Source of the DNA: an uncultured Bacteroidales bacterium
Lineage (GTDB): Bacteria; Bacteroidota; Bacteroidia; Bacteroidales; VadinHA17
Assembly: GCA_963719235.1 (NCBI GenBank)
Contig: CAVRBS010000011.1
Coordinates: 6,275 to 70,274 of the forward strand
Direction of reading: 5' to 3'
Length of the DNA stretch: 64,000 bases
In this document: positions 29,306-39,027 of the stretch, piece by piece
How positions within the stretch are numbered: the first letter of the stretch is position 1
How the letters are laid out: the number at the start of each line of letters is the position of its first letter
Program-made: the position numbers and the translations under genes
Notes under the pieces: generated by a model
The model's input: the letters and a program-made list of their open reading frames with translations, nothing else
Told to the model about the DNA's origin: nothing
Databases searched by the model: none

Positions 29306-30163
29306 CTGTAGCCAAACAATATGGTTACACCCACATGAATGACCATAATTAACAACATTACCAGGGCAAAAGGCAGGTGAGCAACATGCCAGTATTTGAA
29401 AAGATTCTTCATACTGTCAAGGCGCTCTATTCTCCTGCTCAATTTGATATCTGCCTTTACAAGAGAAATAATCTTTCTGTAATCATTCCCCTGAAGGTTA
29501 TTCCTTTTCAATTCTCTCCGCACAGTGTGAATTGACTTCAGGTCATCCGTATAGTTTCGTATTAAACTGACAAGTAAGGACCGGGATGATGAGACAGTTT
29601 TCTTTTCAACTGATTCTACTATTTTTCTGTAAGCTTCCTCTTCAAGTCCACTGGAGTTTTTCAAGATATCCGTAAGGTTGCTTTTCATGGCGCGGACTTC
29701 GGTCAGGTCCAGCTCTCTGCCCTCGATAGACCTTGGTATCTGAATATAAATAAACCTGCCGGCAATTCCGCTGAGAAAGACAGCTACCATGCTCCAGAAG
29801 CTGACTGCCACCAATCCCCCGAATTTGAAAGCGGTATGGAACAATATCAATACCGGTCCCAGGGTGCAGAGGAAAATGTGGAACTCAAGCCAATGTTTAA
29901 CCAATCCTGTTCTTGACATAAAACGATACCTTTTTCGTGCCATGTAGATGGCTACGCCAATGATTATTAAGAGAGTACCAAATATGCCCAGCCCGTGACC
30001 CAATATACCGCTCGGCTTCAGAGCATCGTGGTCTGAACTGATATGCTCTCTCCTCAAGTCCTGTCTTATAGTATTCCAAACCATTGAACAGAAGAAGTAC
30101 AAAGGCAAATCCAACGATCACAACCATCATACCCAGGAATATTCTGTGAATTGTTTTTGGCAT
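29293..30163 (-). CDS. Polytopic membrane protein with two H-x13-H transmembrane motifs (candidate di-heme b-type electron carrier); probable frameshift near 30043-30055
   Basis: EFHIFLCTLGPVLILFH and HLPFALVMLLIMVIH lie in separate predicted TM helices. ORF 29897..30163 supplies a plausible first TM helix (MPKTIHRIFLGMMVVIVGFAFVLLLF) in another frame. Confidence 0.5.
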
Positions 30164-30227
30164 TATTTATTACCGTTAATTGTCAATGTCACTGCAAATA
30201 TAGTTTACTATGCTTTATTTGCATCTG

Positions 30228-32480
30228 TCAGAACCTCCCGCTCAGGCGTATGCTATAATTCCTCTGGGGCTGGATATCACCAGGGCGACCCATATATTCA
30301 GTGTTCGTGATGTTCTTGACCGCTATGGAGACTTTCAGGGCTTCACTGATCCTGTAACCAATATTCCCGTCCATCAGGAAATAGCCCGTATTGTTTTCCT
30401 GCCAGTAATCGTAGAATCCCGGAAGGATCTCCTCTCTTGTGGCCGGATTCAGGAAAACGTCATCGATATTCAGGGTCTTTGACCTGGCATAAAGATCGAG
30501 ACCCGATTCAATCCTGTGCCATGTCGAAATAAAACTCATCTTGGCGGAATGTTTTCTCCTGTATTTCAGGTAAATATCAGTGTTCTGATTAGTATAGGAA
30601 TTGAATTCAACCGGATATATAAATGTATACCCGCCAGTCAATGTTGCCTCAAGCTCTCCAAACGATCTTTTCAGAATTACCTCCAGTTCGCCGCCGTAGA
30701 CCCTCGATTGCTCAACATTTGTGGCTTTAAAACCAACATCGGAAATGCCTGTTGACGGATCCTGATGAATACCAAAAACATACTCGATCATATCAATATT
30801 CTGCGAGAAAAAGAGCGACAGATCGCCCTCTCCCATCATTTCTCCAAACATTACTCCCTGTTTTATCCCTAGTTCTGAGCTCCATCCTGATTCCGCCCTT
30901 ACATAAGGGCTGGGAAAGATCCTCACCGAACCGAGGGTCGTCGAGGCATACTTCTCAGCGATGGACGGATAGCGGTAACCCTCGCCGAAAGAAGCCCTGA
31001 TAAAAGTATATTCAGCGGCCTGGAAATTTATGCCTGCCCTGAAGACCGGGACGATACCGTCGGGTTCGCCATCGAGAGAATTTTGTTCAATGCGCAGCCC
31101 GCCGATGACTTTAAGCCTGCTTACCGGTCTTACCTCAAGTTGCGTAAACCCGGCAACATTAAGCCCGCGATGATCACCATAGAAGTTTGATGTTATATTG
31201 CTCCAGTTTTCAGAAATGCCAGCAGTCAGATTCAAAAAACCGGTAATTTTGTAATAGAACAGATATTCTCCGTACACGGAGGAAGAGCTGGCATCATTAT
31301 TTGTTCTGACAGGAAACCTGTTGGCGGAATACTGATATCGCATCCGGAAATCATGTTTAATCTTGCCTTTACCCCCAAGAGTTATAAAAGGATCGGCCGT
31401 AAAATAATATCCATGCAGGCTCGATACTGTTGATGTATCCTGCTTCAGGGCTCCGGTAGTGGCATCCTCCCATAGTATGAAGTCAGTTTTATATGTTGTC
31501 CCAGCATTCAGGTTCAACCCGTATTTCAGACCTTCGGTCCTGCTGCTGTGATGCTTCAGCCTGAGGCTTATTCTTCCGAGGTTTTCGTCGTTGAATTTTC
31601 TGTATCCCCTGTCAGCGGTCAGGTTGACACCCACGCCTATATCATTCTTCCCGAATTTCTGCAGGTGAGAGAATGAGGCATTGGCAAAGACCCTTGGTGT
31701 GTCCCACCATTTCCAGTCTTCATTCGACGGGCCGCCAAAGACCCCGCCTTCAGCAAAGAATTGGGTCACCGGAATATTTGACGCGTCTGCCGTCCTGAAG
31801 TTAATGACCCCGTTGAGGGCGGAAGATCCGTACAGCACTGAGGAAGCTCCCTTGATTATCTCCACCTGCGACAGGTTCTCCAGCGGCAGGAAGTTCCATT
31901 TTATACCTCCGGCGTCAGCCGACATCATCGGCAGGCCGTCTATGAGAGCCAGCACACGGCTGCCAACACCATAGCTGTACCCGCTGCCACCTCTTATTGA
32001 CGCCTGCCCGTCAAGTACCTCGATACCCGGAGTTTTATTTATCAGTTCCTGGGCATCAGTAATGTGGCTGCGTGTAATCAGGTCGGATTTGATAACCTCC
32101 ATCGATACAGTCAGCTCTGATTCCTTCTGCTCCATCCTGTCAGCACTCACTACTATCTGGTCAATTAACTGCGACTCAGGCTCCATCATTACATTCATTT
32201 TCAGCGTCTCCCCGGCAATGATGTCAAGTATCTCCGTATGTGACCTGTAACCAACGTACTTGAATTCAACAGAGAGCTTGCCGGGACTGGCTGCAAATGA
32301 GAAAAACCCATTTTCATCAGTGCTGGTGCCTGTTCCTCTGCCAAATATGACATGAGCCCCGGCAAGAGGTTCATGGCTGTCTTTGTCTGATACCCTGCCG
32401 CTTACCAGGCTCTGAGCATTTAATACCGGTGAGATTAAGAAGACCAGAGCGGCAACTGTCAAAAAACGCCGGAGCATCAT
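30228..32480 (-). CDS. TonB-dependent receptor with a carboxypeptidase-regulatory-like N-terminal domain
   Basis: Signal peptide. GRVSDKDSHEPLAGAHV CarbopepD_reg-like domain. Plug (IEVLDGQASIRGGSG...IIKGASSVLYGSSALNGVINF). C-terminal ...IRLSGRF. Confidence 0.9.
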   Translation of the reverse strand: MMLRRFLTVAALVFLISPVLNAQSLVSGRVSDKDSHEPLAGAHVIFGRGTGTSTDENGFFSFAASPGKLSVEFKYVGYRSHTEILDIIAGETLKMNVMMEPESQLIDQIVVSADRMEQKESELTVSMEVIKSDLITRSHITDAQELINKTPGIEVLDGQASIRGGSGYSYGVGSRVLALIDGLPMMSADAGGIKWNFLPLENLSQVEIIKGASSVLYGSSALNGVINFRTADASNIPVTQFFAEGGVFGGPSNEDWKWWDTPRVFANASFSHLQKFGKNDIGVGVNLTADRGYRKFNDENLGRISLRLKHHSSRTEGLKYGLNLNAGTTYKTDFILWEDATTGALKQDTSTVSSLHGYYFTADPFITLGGKGKIKHDFRMRYQYSANRFPVRTNNDASSSSVYGEYLFYYKITGFLNLTAGISENWSNITSNFYGDHRGLNVAGFTQLEVRPVSRLKVIGGLRIEQNSLDGEPDGIVPVFRAGINFQAAEYTFIRASFGEGYRYPSIAEKYASTTLGSVRIFPSPYVRAESGWSSELGIKQGVMFGEMMGEGDLSLFFSQNIDMIEYVFGIHQDPSTGISDVGFKATNVEQSRVYGGELEVILKRSFGELEATLTGGYTFIYPVEFNSYTNQNTDIYLKYRRKHSAKMSFISTWHRIESGLDLYARSKTLNIDDVFLNPATREEILPGFYDYWQENNTGYFLMDGNIGYRISEALKVSIAVKNITNTEYMGRPGDIQPQRNYSIRLSGRF

Positions 32481-32878
32481 TTCGGTTTAAACGTCATCCT
32501 GATATTCTTAGTGCCCTCCAGGGTCGGATAAGGGAAAGTAACCTTCAGAGATGTTTTTGTGAGCTCAACAATGTGAGTTGTCAGGGTAAAAGTAAGTTCA
32601 GGTGAACTGATTGCAATGTTGGTCTCGTTATCAACAAACCTCCATGTCCCGGTGTATTGGCCAAAGGTCCCCGTGCCATCCACATTGAATACAACATCGC
32701 CTTTGAATTTCTCAAGAAGCTCACCCGGGTCACTTGCATCAATGCCATCGGCAAGAAGGCTGTCACTCGTCCATACGTGTGATGTAAGCAAGTCAAAGCT
32801 TTCCGAAGTCTTGTCTTTATTGCATGCAGCTGCAAAGACCAGTCCCGCAAGCAGCAACCATATAACAATATTTTTCAT
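32477..32878 (-). CDS. Lipocalin-like small lipoprotein
   Basis: Lipobox LVFAAC. 133-aa beta-rich protein. A 4-nt ATGA overlap with the receptor start implies translational coupling. Confidence 0.5.
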   Translation of the reverse strand: MKNIVIWLLLAGLVFAAACNKDKTSESFDLLTSHVWTSDSLLADGIDASDPGELLEKFKGDVVFNVDGTGTFGQYTGTWRFVDNETNIAISSPELTFTLTTHIVELTKTSLKVTFPYPTLEGTKNIRMTFKPK

Positions 32879-32895
32879 TTATGTCAGTTTTAAAT

Positions 32896-32907
32896 TCTGA
32901 TATCAGA
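32896..32907. promoter_or_regulatory. Perfect 12-bp palindrome TCTGATATCAGA, 18 nt upstream of the first gene of the cluster
   Basis: Read directly. It lies in the divergent intergenic region 32879-33056. Confidence 0.3.
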
Positions 32908-33056
32908 TAAGCCGGTAACGGAACAAATTCCAATCAATTAAGTTCAACAATTCCGATCAAGTCCAAAGTTAATAAACATTACGCTGATAACAGATGACTG
33001 AACTTTTTGTAATTTTATAATCTCCTGAAAGCAACATTAATTAAAACATAAACATC

Positions 33057-34692
33057 ATGAGTGTACAGTATTCGATAAGTCCCAACGGTGAAAAATTTGC
33101 CCTGCCGAAACCTGAGGATTATAAAACTGAGTTTGAGAAAATAAGCAAACGTGTTAAAGCGGAGCGCGCCAAAGGCCGCGAGATAGTCGTGGTCATGGGT
33201 GTAGGTTTCGTAGGGGCTGTCATGGCGGCTATCGTGGCCGATACTGTTGATTCAAAAGGCAAACCCTCGAAATTTGTCATTGGGATGCAGCGTCCCAGCC
33301 TGCGCAGCTTCTGGAAGATACCCATGCTCAACCGCGGTGTCTCCCCTGTCAAGGCTGAAGACCCGGAGGTCGACCCGATGATTGAACGGTGCGTTAAGTA
33401 CCAAGAAGACCCTGATGGCCACCTATACATACGAGGTCCTTAAGCTGGCCGACATTGTTGTGGTAGACGTGCAGTGCGACTATATCAAGGAAGAACTGGG
33501 CAACGTGCGTGCCGGACAGACCGATATGGCAGCACTCGAGGCATCTCTGGGGGTTATAGCAGACCATATCCGGCCTGAAGCGCTGGTGCTCATTGAGACC
33601 ACTGTGGCTCCGGGAACCACCGAGCAGGTGGCCTACCCGATCATGAAGAAGGCATTCACAAAACGCGGCATCAAATCAGATCCGCTGCTGGCACACAGCT
33701 ACGAGAGGGTAATGCCCGGACGCAATTATGTAGCAAGCATACGCGATTTCTGGAGGGTGTGCAGCGGCATCAACGAAGAGGCAAGGAAACGTGTCGTGAA
33801 GTTCCTCAATGAAGTGCTCAACACAAAAAAATTTCCTCTCACGGTCATGGACAGGCCAATCGAGTCAGAAACGGCCAAGATCGTCGAGAACAGCTACCGT
33901 GCCACCATCCTCGCTTTCCTCGATGAATGGAGCCTCTTTGCCGAGCGTAACGGTGTCGACCTGATCAAGGTTATCAAGGCAATCAAGATGAGACCCACCC
34001 ACAGCAACATGATATTTCCCGGGCCCGGCATTGGCGGCTACTGCCTCCCGAAAGACGGAGGACTGGGTGTCTGGGCATATAAACATATTCTTGGCTTCGA
34101 GGATGACATCTTTAAAATCACTCCAATGGCCATAGATATTAACGACACCCGTGGCCTGCATGTGGGCCAACTGACCCGTGACGCTCTGCGCAACATGGGC
34201 AAGCCTATTGCAGCCACAGACGTTCTGGTACTGGGAGCAGCATACCGTGAGGATGTCGGAGACACACGCTACAGCGGCTCCGAGATAGTGATACGCAAGC
34301 TGGCAGAGATGGGTGCCGAGATACGCGTGCATGACCCCTATGTTGAACACTGGTGGGAGTTCGAAGAGCAGGACAGCTATCCGGGCGTTGGCCAGAGCAA
34401 GTCACAGTTCTTCCGCAACCAGGAGAAGCTGAAGGAGATAAGGATTGAACAGAACCTGAATAAGGCTCTCAAGGGAGCTGAGGCAGTAATCCTGGCCGTA
34501 CCTCATTCAGCCTACATGGACCTTGATCCTGACAAGGTTGTGAAGACCATAGGACAGCCGGCTGCCATAATAGACTGCTTCGGTATCCTGACCGATGACA
34601 AGATCCGCCGTTACTTCCAGCTTGGATGCGAAGTAAAGGGACTGGGAAGAGGACACATCCAGAGAATTAAGGAAGAGACACGTAAAGCCTGA
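33057..34692 (+). CDS. Nucleotide-sugar dehydrogenase (UDP-glucose/GDP-mannose dehydrogenase family); one frameshift
   Basis: N-terminal VVVMGVGFVGAVMA NAD fold and catalytic GPGIGGYCLPKD. ORFs 33057..33443 and 33382..34692 are colinear, with a frame switch near 33390-33400. Confidence 0.8.
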
Positions 34693-34733
34693 TTCTGACA
34701 AAATCATATCTTTATTCCATTAAAACTATCATC

Positions 34734-35591
34734 ATGAAAGACAAAATGACCGGGTTATTGGACGATTTCAGTTCCGGAAAGGTAGACAGAAGGACATTCA
34801 TGAAGAAGCTTACCCTTGTTACCGGGGGAACAGCCGCCGCTGTCATCTTCTTACCTGATCTTAACAGGGCAGATGCGTCACGCCCTATGCGCGGAAAATT
34901 TGAGTTGATAAATGAATTCATCACCTACCCCGGCGCTACCGGTGAGATGAAGGCTTATCTGTCGATGCCGGAGGGTAAAAAGAAACTGCCCGGAGTGATA
35001 GTGATCCATGAAAACAGGGGGCTGGTACCGCACATCCAGGATGTGAACAGGCGGATGGCGATGGAAGGGTTTATCTCGCTGGCACCTGATGCCCTCTCCC
35101 CACTGGGAGGCACACCGGAAGATCAGGATAAGGGGCGTGAGATGATGGGCCAGCTCAACCGTGAAGAGACGGTAAAGAATTTCGTCGCTGCAGTGAAATA
35201 CCTCAAGACTCATCCGCGGTCAACAGGCAGGGTGGGTTGTACAGGCTTCTGCTGGGGAGGCGCCATGACCAACCAGGTGGCGGTAAATGCACCTGATCTC
35301 AACGCCGCAGTGCCCTATTACGGTTCAACCCCTGCACCGGACGATGTGCCAAAAATCAAAGCCTCAGTAATGGCACACTATGCAGGCAATGACGAACGTA
35401 TTAATGCCGGAATACCGGCATTTGAGGAGGCGCTGAAAAAGGCAGGCATAGATTACCAGATCTTTATCTATGAGGGTGCGGAACATTCCTTTAACAACGA
35501 TACCAACCCTCCTCCGAGATACAACAAGGAGGCAGCCAGTCTTGCATGGGGCAGGACTATTGGCTTTTTCAGGGAGAAACTCGGAGGTTAG
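34734..35591 (+). CDS. Dienelactone hydrolase-family protein with a Tat signal
   Basis: DRRTFMKKLTLVTGGTAAA twin-arginine leader. DLH core GVIVIHENRGL...GCTGFCWGG. Confidence 0.8.
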   Translation: MKDKMTGLLDDFSSGKVDRRTFMKKLTLVTGGTAAAVIFLPDLNRADASRPMRGKFELINEFITYPGATGEMKAYLSMPEGKKKLPGVIVIHENRGLVPHIQDVNRRMAMEGFISLAPDALSPLGGTPEDQDKGREMMGQLNREETVKNFVAAVKYLKTHPRSTGRVGCTGFCWGGAMTNQVAVNAPDLNAAVPYYGSTPAPDDVPKIKASVMAHYAGNDERINAGIPAFEEALKKAGIDYQIFIYEGAEHSFNNDTNPPPRYNKEAASLAWGRTIGFFREKLGG

Positions 35592-35609
35592 CAGTCAGGA
35601 GGTTAGCAG

Positions 35610-36743
35610 TTACTTCGTCCATAAACGGGCAACCTCATCGATGAAAGGCCGGCAGTGGTTGAAAAAATATCTGTAGCCTTCGCACAGGTTATTTAATCCA
35701 TCTTCACCTGTCGGGGCAGTGATGAACCTGTTTTTCGGACATTCACCGTTGCACATATCCAGCACCTCGCATTCAAGGCAATAACGCGGAAGGGAAGCTC
35801 GCTTGTTTTGCCCGAAGGTTTTCTGCCGCGGGTCATCAAGCATGTCTGCCAGAGATGTTTCCCCTATGTTACCTATCCGGTGCTCTGCCTTCACATAGTG
35901 ATCGCATGAGTAGAAGTCGCCATTCATCCCGACAACAGGAACTCCACCGCAAACAGGCTTAAAAATGCAAAGCGTATGACCCTGGCTGAATGCGGTACGC
36001 AGGGCTTCCTCAAAGATCTGTACCTTCACCTTACCGATATCCTCTTCGATCCACTCATCAAATATCGCCACAAGAAATTTACCAAAATCCATAGGTCTGA
36101 CACTTAACGGTGTTGCTTTGCGGGAGCCTTTGCCAGCTTCTTCAACCATTGGCAGAAACGTTATGTATGAGGAACCAAAGCCCTTGAAGAACCGGTATAA
36201 CTCAAGAGGTACAGAAACGTTGGAATTGCTTACGACGCACAGGAATTCGTGAGGCACATTGTACCTTTTAAGTATTTCAAGACCTCTCATCACCTCCTCA
36301 AAAGTCCCGTTGCCACCGCCACGGGTCCTGCATATATTATGATAGTGCTCAGGCCCGTCAAGACTGATGCCAACATAAAAATTCTCGTCAAGGAAGAATT
36401 TCCCCCACTCATCAGTGATCAGCGTTGCATTTGTCTGAATCCCGTTAAGGATAACTCTTCCTGAAGGTTTGTGCCGCCTCTGGATATCAACGGCTCTCCT
36501 GTAGAAGTCAAGTCCGGCCAGTGTGGGTTCACCCCCATGCCATGAAAAAATGATTTCTTTCCCTGTTGAAGCCTCAATATGTTGACGGATATAGAGATCC
36601 AGAACCTCATCACTCATACAACCGTCTCCGGAAGCAGAATAAAGATTCCTTTTATCAAGATAATAGCAATAAGAACAGTTCAGGTTACATCTTGCGCCGA
36701 CGGGTTTGGCAAAAATCTGGAATTCACGGAAGTCTGAGTTCAT
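35610..36743 (-). CDS. Anaerobic sulfatase-maturating enzyme-like radical SAM/SPASM protein
   Basis: FAKPVGARCNLNCSYCYY (Cx3Cx2C) plus C-terminal SPASM cysteine clusters (CGG...SCDH, CLECEVLDMCNGECPKNR). Confidence 0.8.
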   Translation of the reverse strand: MNSDFREFQIFAKPVGARCNLNCSYCYYLDKRNLYSASGDGCMSDEVLDLYIRQHIEASTGKEIIFSWHGGEPTLAGLDFYRRAVDIQRRHKPSGRVILNGIQTNATLITDEWGKFFLDENFYVGISLDGPEHYHNICRTRGGGNGTFEEVMRGLEILKRYNVPHEFLCVVSNSNVSVPLELYRFFKGFGSSYITFLPMVEEAGKGSRKATPLSVRPMDFGKFLVAIFDEWIEEDIGKVKVQIFEEALRTAFSQGHTLCIFKPVCGGVPVVGMNGDFYSCDHYVKAEHRIGNIGETSLADMLDDPRQKTFGQNKRASLPRYCLECEVLDMCNGECPKNRFITAPTGEDGLNNLCEGYRYFFNHCRPFIDEVARLWTK

Positions 36744-36769
36744 AGTAGCAAGATAATCCCGTTTTTCAA

Positions 36770-38074
36770 CTAGTGTAATGAATACCTGTTCTTGAGGTAT
36801 TCCTCGAGGTGAGTGTATCCGGGCTTCATGAGCAAAGCTTCTTTCTTCCGCTCCCGCAATCCCTTCAGGTTTTCTGGCATTGCCAGTTTGGTGCCGATGA
36901 CAGGTTCAACTATGTCACTGAATTTACCTGGATGAGCCGTCCCGGCAAATATGCCTGCAGAAGCCGGATGGTCTTCAAGGTAACAATCGAGCCCCATGCT
37001 GGCAACAGCTCCGTGAGGATCAAGAATATATCCCGACCTCTGATATTCATCCCTGATATGCTGTCTGATCTGATCATCATCAAACCAGGAGCCTGATACC
37101 ATGGAAGACATCCTATTCCAGTCATTGTCAAAAATGTCAAGCAATCTTTCAAAGTTACTGGGGTTGCCCACATCCATGGCGCTGGCAATGGTCTGAACAG
37201 ATGCACCCGGACTGTAAAGGCCTGTCCTCAGGTATTCCGGAACAACGTTGTTGATGTTTGTGGATGCCACAAAATGTTCAATCTGCAGGCCTGACTTCCA
37301 TGCCATTACGGCAGCGGTAAGATTGCCAAAGTTACCGCTTGGAACGGAGAGAATTGTATTTCCTGAGCCGGCGCGGCTTACGGCATAGTAATAATAAAAG
37401 CTCTGGGGAATTAGGCGTGCAATGTTTATTGAATTGGCCGATGTCAACCTTATTCTTCGGTAAGTTTGCAGCCCGGTGAAAGCGCTTTTAACCATAGACT
37501 GGCAGTCATCAAAGGTCCCTTCTATCTCAAGAGCTGTAATATTTTCCCCCGGGGTGGTCATCTGGTTCTCCTGCAGGCGGCTTACTTTGCCCGAAGGATA
37601 AAGGATAATGACATCGATGCCTTCCATCCCGAAGAAGCTGTTGGCTATCGCTCCGCCGGTGTCGCCTGAGGTTGCAACCAGTACCACTGTCTTCAGATCA
37701 TCAGTCTCTGAAAAATACCTGAAGCACTGAGCCATAAATCTTGCACCGAAGTCCTTGAATGCCGCAGTCGGTCCGTGATAGAGCTCAAGTACGTGTTTCC
37801 TTTCGCTCATCTTTCTGAGCCTAACAGGGAAATTGAATGCTTCATCACATATTGCCATCAGGATCCCGGCGGGTATTTCGTCTCCGATGTACCTCACGCC
37901 AACTTCAAAAGCAATCTCAGGCAACGCCATCCCCGGAAGCCGTCTGAAAAAATCTGGTTCCATCAGCGGGATTCTTTCGGGCATGAACAATCCCATATCA
38001 GATGATATGCCGCGGCTGACCGCTTCACGGAATTTGACACTTATGCTCCGGTCCCTAATGTTGCAGTATCGCAT
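36770..38074 (-). CDS. thrC: Threonine synthase
   Basis: PLP-lysine context HGPTAAFKDFGARF. Length 434 aa. Last gene of the thrA-thrB-thrC order. Confidence 0.9.
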   Translation of the reverse strand: MRYCNIRDRSISVKFREAVSRGISSDMGLFMPERIPLMEPDFFRRLPGMALPEIAFEVGVRYIGDEIPAGILMAICDEAFNFPVRLRKMSERKHVLELYHGPTAAFKDFGARFMAQCFRYFSETDDLKTVVLVATSGDTGGAIANSFFGMEGIDVIILYPSGKVSRLQENQMTTPGENITALEIEGTFDDCQSMVKSAFTGLQTYRRIRLTSANSINIARLIPQSFYYYYAVSRAGSGNTILSVPSGNFGNLTAAVMAWKSGLQIEHFVASTNINNVVPEYLRTGLYSPGASVQTIASAMDVGNPSNFERLLDIFDNDWNRMSSMVSGSWFDDDQIRQHIRDEYQRSGYILDPHGAVASMGLDCYLEDHPASAGIFAGTAHPGKFSDIVEPVIGTKLAMPENLKGLRERKKEALLMKPGYTHLEEYLKNRYSLH

Positions 38075-38096
38075 TTAGAATCAGATATCTTATTAA

Positions 38097-39023
38097 TTAA
38101 CAAATCTTTACCCCTTCCCTGTTTACAGTAGACAGATAGGCGCTGTAATTAATACCCCGTGCATCCATGCAGGCTTTCATAGTTCTCAGGACTGCCTCAC
38201 CACATGCCTCTCCCCTGCAGAGTGCAAAGACTGAAGGCCCGGAGCCGGAAATACCAGCACCTAGCGCGCCGTTCTGCATCGCTGCCTTCTTCATTTCATG
38301 GAAACCCGGAATAAGGGATGACCTTTTTGGTTCAGCAACATGATCGACCAGGGAGCGGCCTATAAGGTCATAATCCTCACTGTAAAAACCCGCAATTAGT
38401 CCGCCTACATTCCCCCACTGTTTAACCGCTGTTCCCAGGGGAATGTGCTTGTCAAGGATGCCTCTTGCCATCGATGTCTTTATTTCCATTTCAGGGTGAA
38501 TAACAACACAGAGGAGCTCAGGCGGAATATGAATCTGTACTATTTCAAGCGGCTCATAGCTTCGGATAAGGGTAATACCTCCCAGCAGTGCCGGGGCCAC
38601 GTTATCGGCATGTGCCGTGCCTGAAGCCAGCCTCTCGCCTTCCATGGCGCATGTCACAAGCTCTTTCAACGAAAAAATATTGCCCATAAGTTCGTTTGCA
38701 GCAAATGCTGCTGCTGCTGAGCTGGCAGCGCTGGAGCCTATACCGCTGCCCGGAGTGATGCCTTTTTCTATATAAGCTCTGAACCCGGCTTTAGTTCCTG
38801 TTTTTCTGATCATGGCATTCAGAACCACGCCAACGACATTCTTATCCGGATCCTTGCTGAGACTCTGGCAACCCTTTATCCCTGCGATCTCGACTGCCCC
38901 GCTGTCAGTCATCTCAAGATCAATGAAATCGCAGGGTTCATTGATTGCCATTCCGAGAACGTCAAATCCGCAGTTCAGATTTGAAACTGTCGCGGTGGCT
39001 TTGGCTCTGACTTTTTTGCCCAT
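38097..39023 (-). CDS. thrB: Homoserine kinase
   Basis: GHMP kinase motif TPGSGIGSSAASSAAA. 308 aa. Lies between thrA and thrC. Confidence 0.9.
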   Translation of the reverse strand: MGKKVRAKATATVSNLNCGFDVLGMAINEPCDFIDLEMTDSGAVEIAGIKGCQSLSKDPDKNVVGVVLNAMIRKTGTKAGFRAYIEKGITPGSGIGSSAASSAAAAFAANELMGNIFSLKELVTCAMEGERLASGTAHADNVAPALLGGITLIRSYEPLEIVQIHIPPELLCVVIHPEMEIKTSMARGILDKHIPLGTAVKQWGNVGGLIAGFYSEDYDLIGRSLVDHVAEPKRSSLIPGFHEMKKAAMQNGALGAGISGSGPSVFALCRGEACGEAVLRTMKACMDARGINYSAYLSTVNREGVKIC

Positions 39024-39027
39024 TTCT

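Noticed and set aside
29897-30163. ORF 29897..30163 as an independent 88-aa gene.
   Set aside because: Only its first ~40 residues look like real sequence (a TM helix). After about 30050 the plausible sequence continues in the frame of 29293..30114. It is therefore treated as the N-terminus of that protein.
34712-34924. A 70-aa minus-strand ORF overlapping the start of the dienelactone hydrolase gene.
   Set aside because: It is antisense to a gene with a clear Tat leader and DLH motifs, and it has no features of its own.
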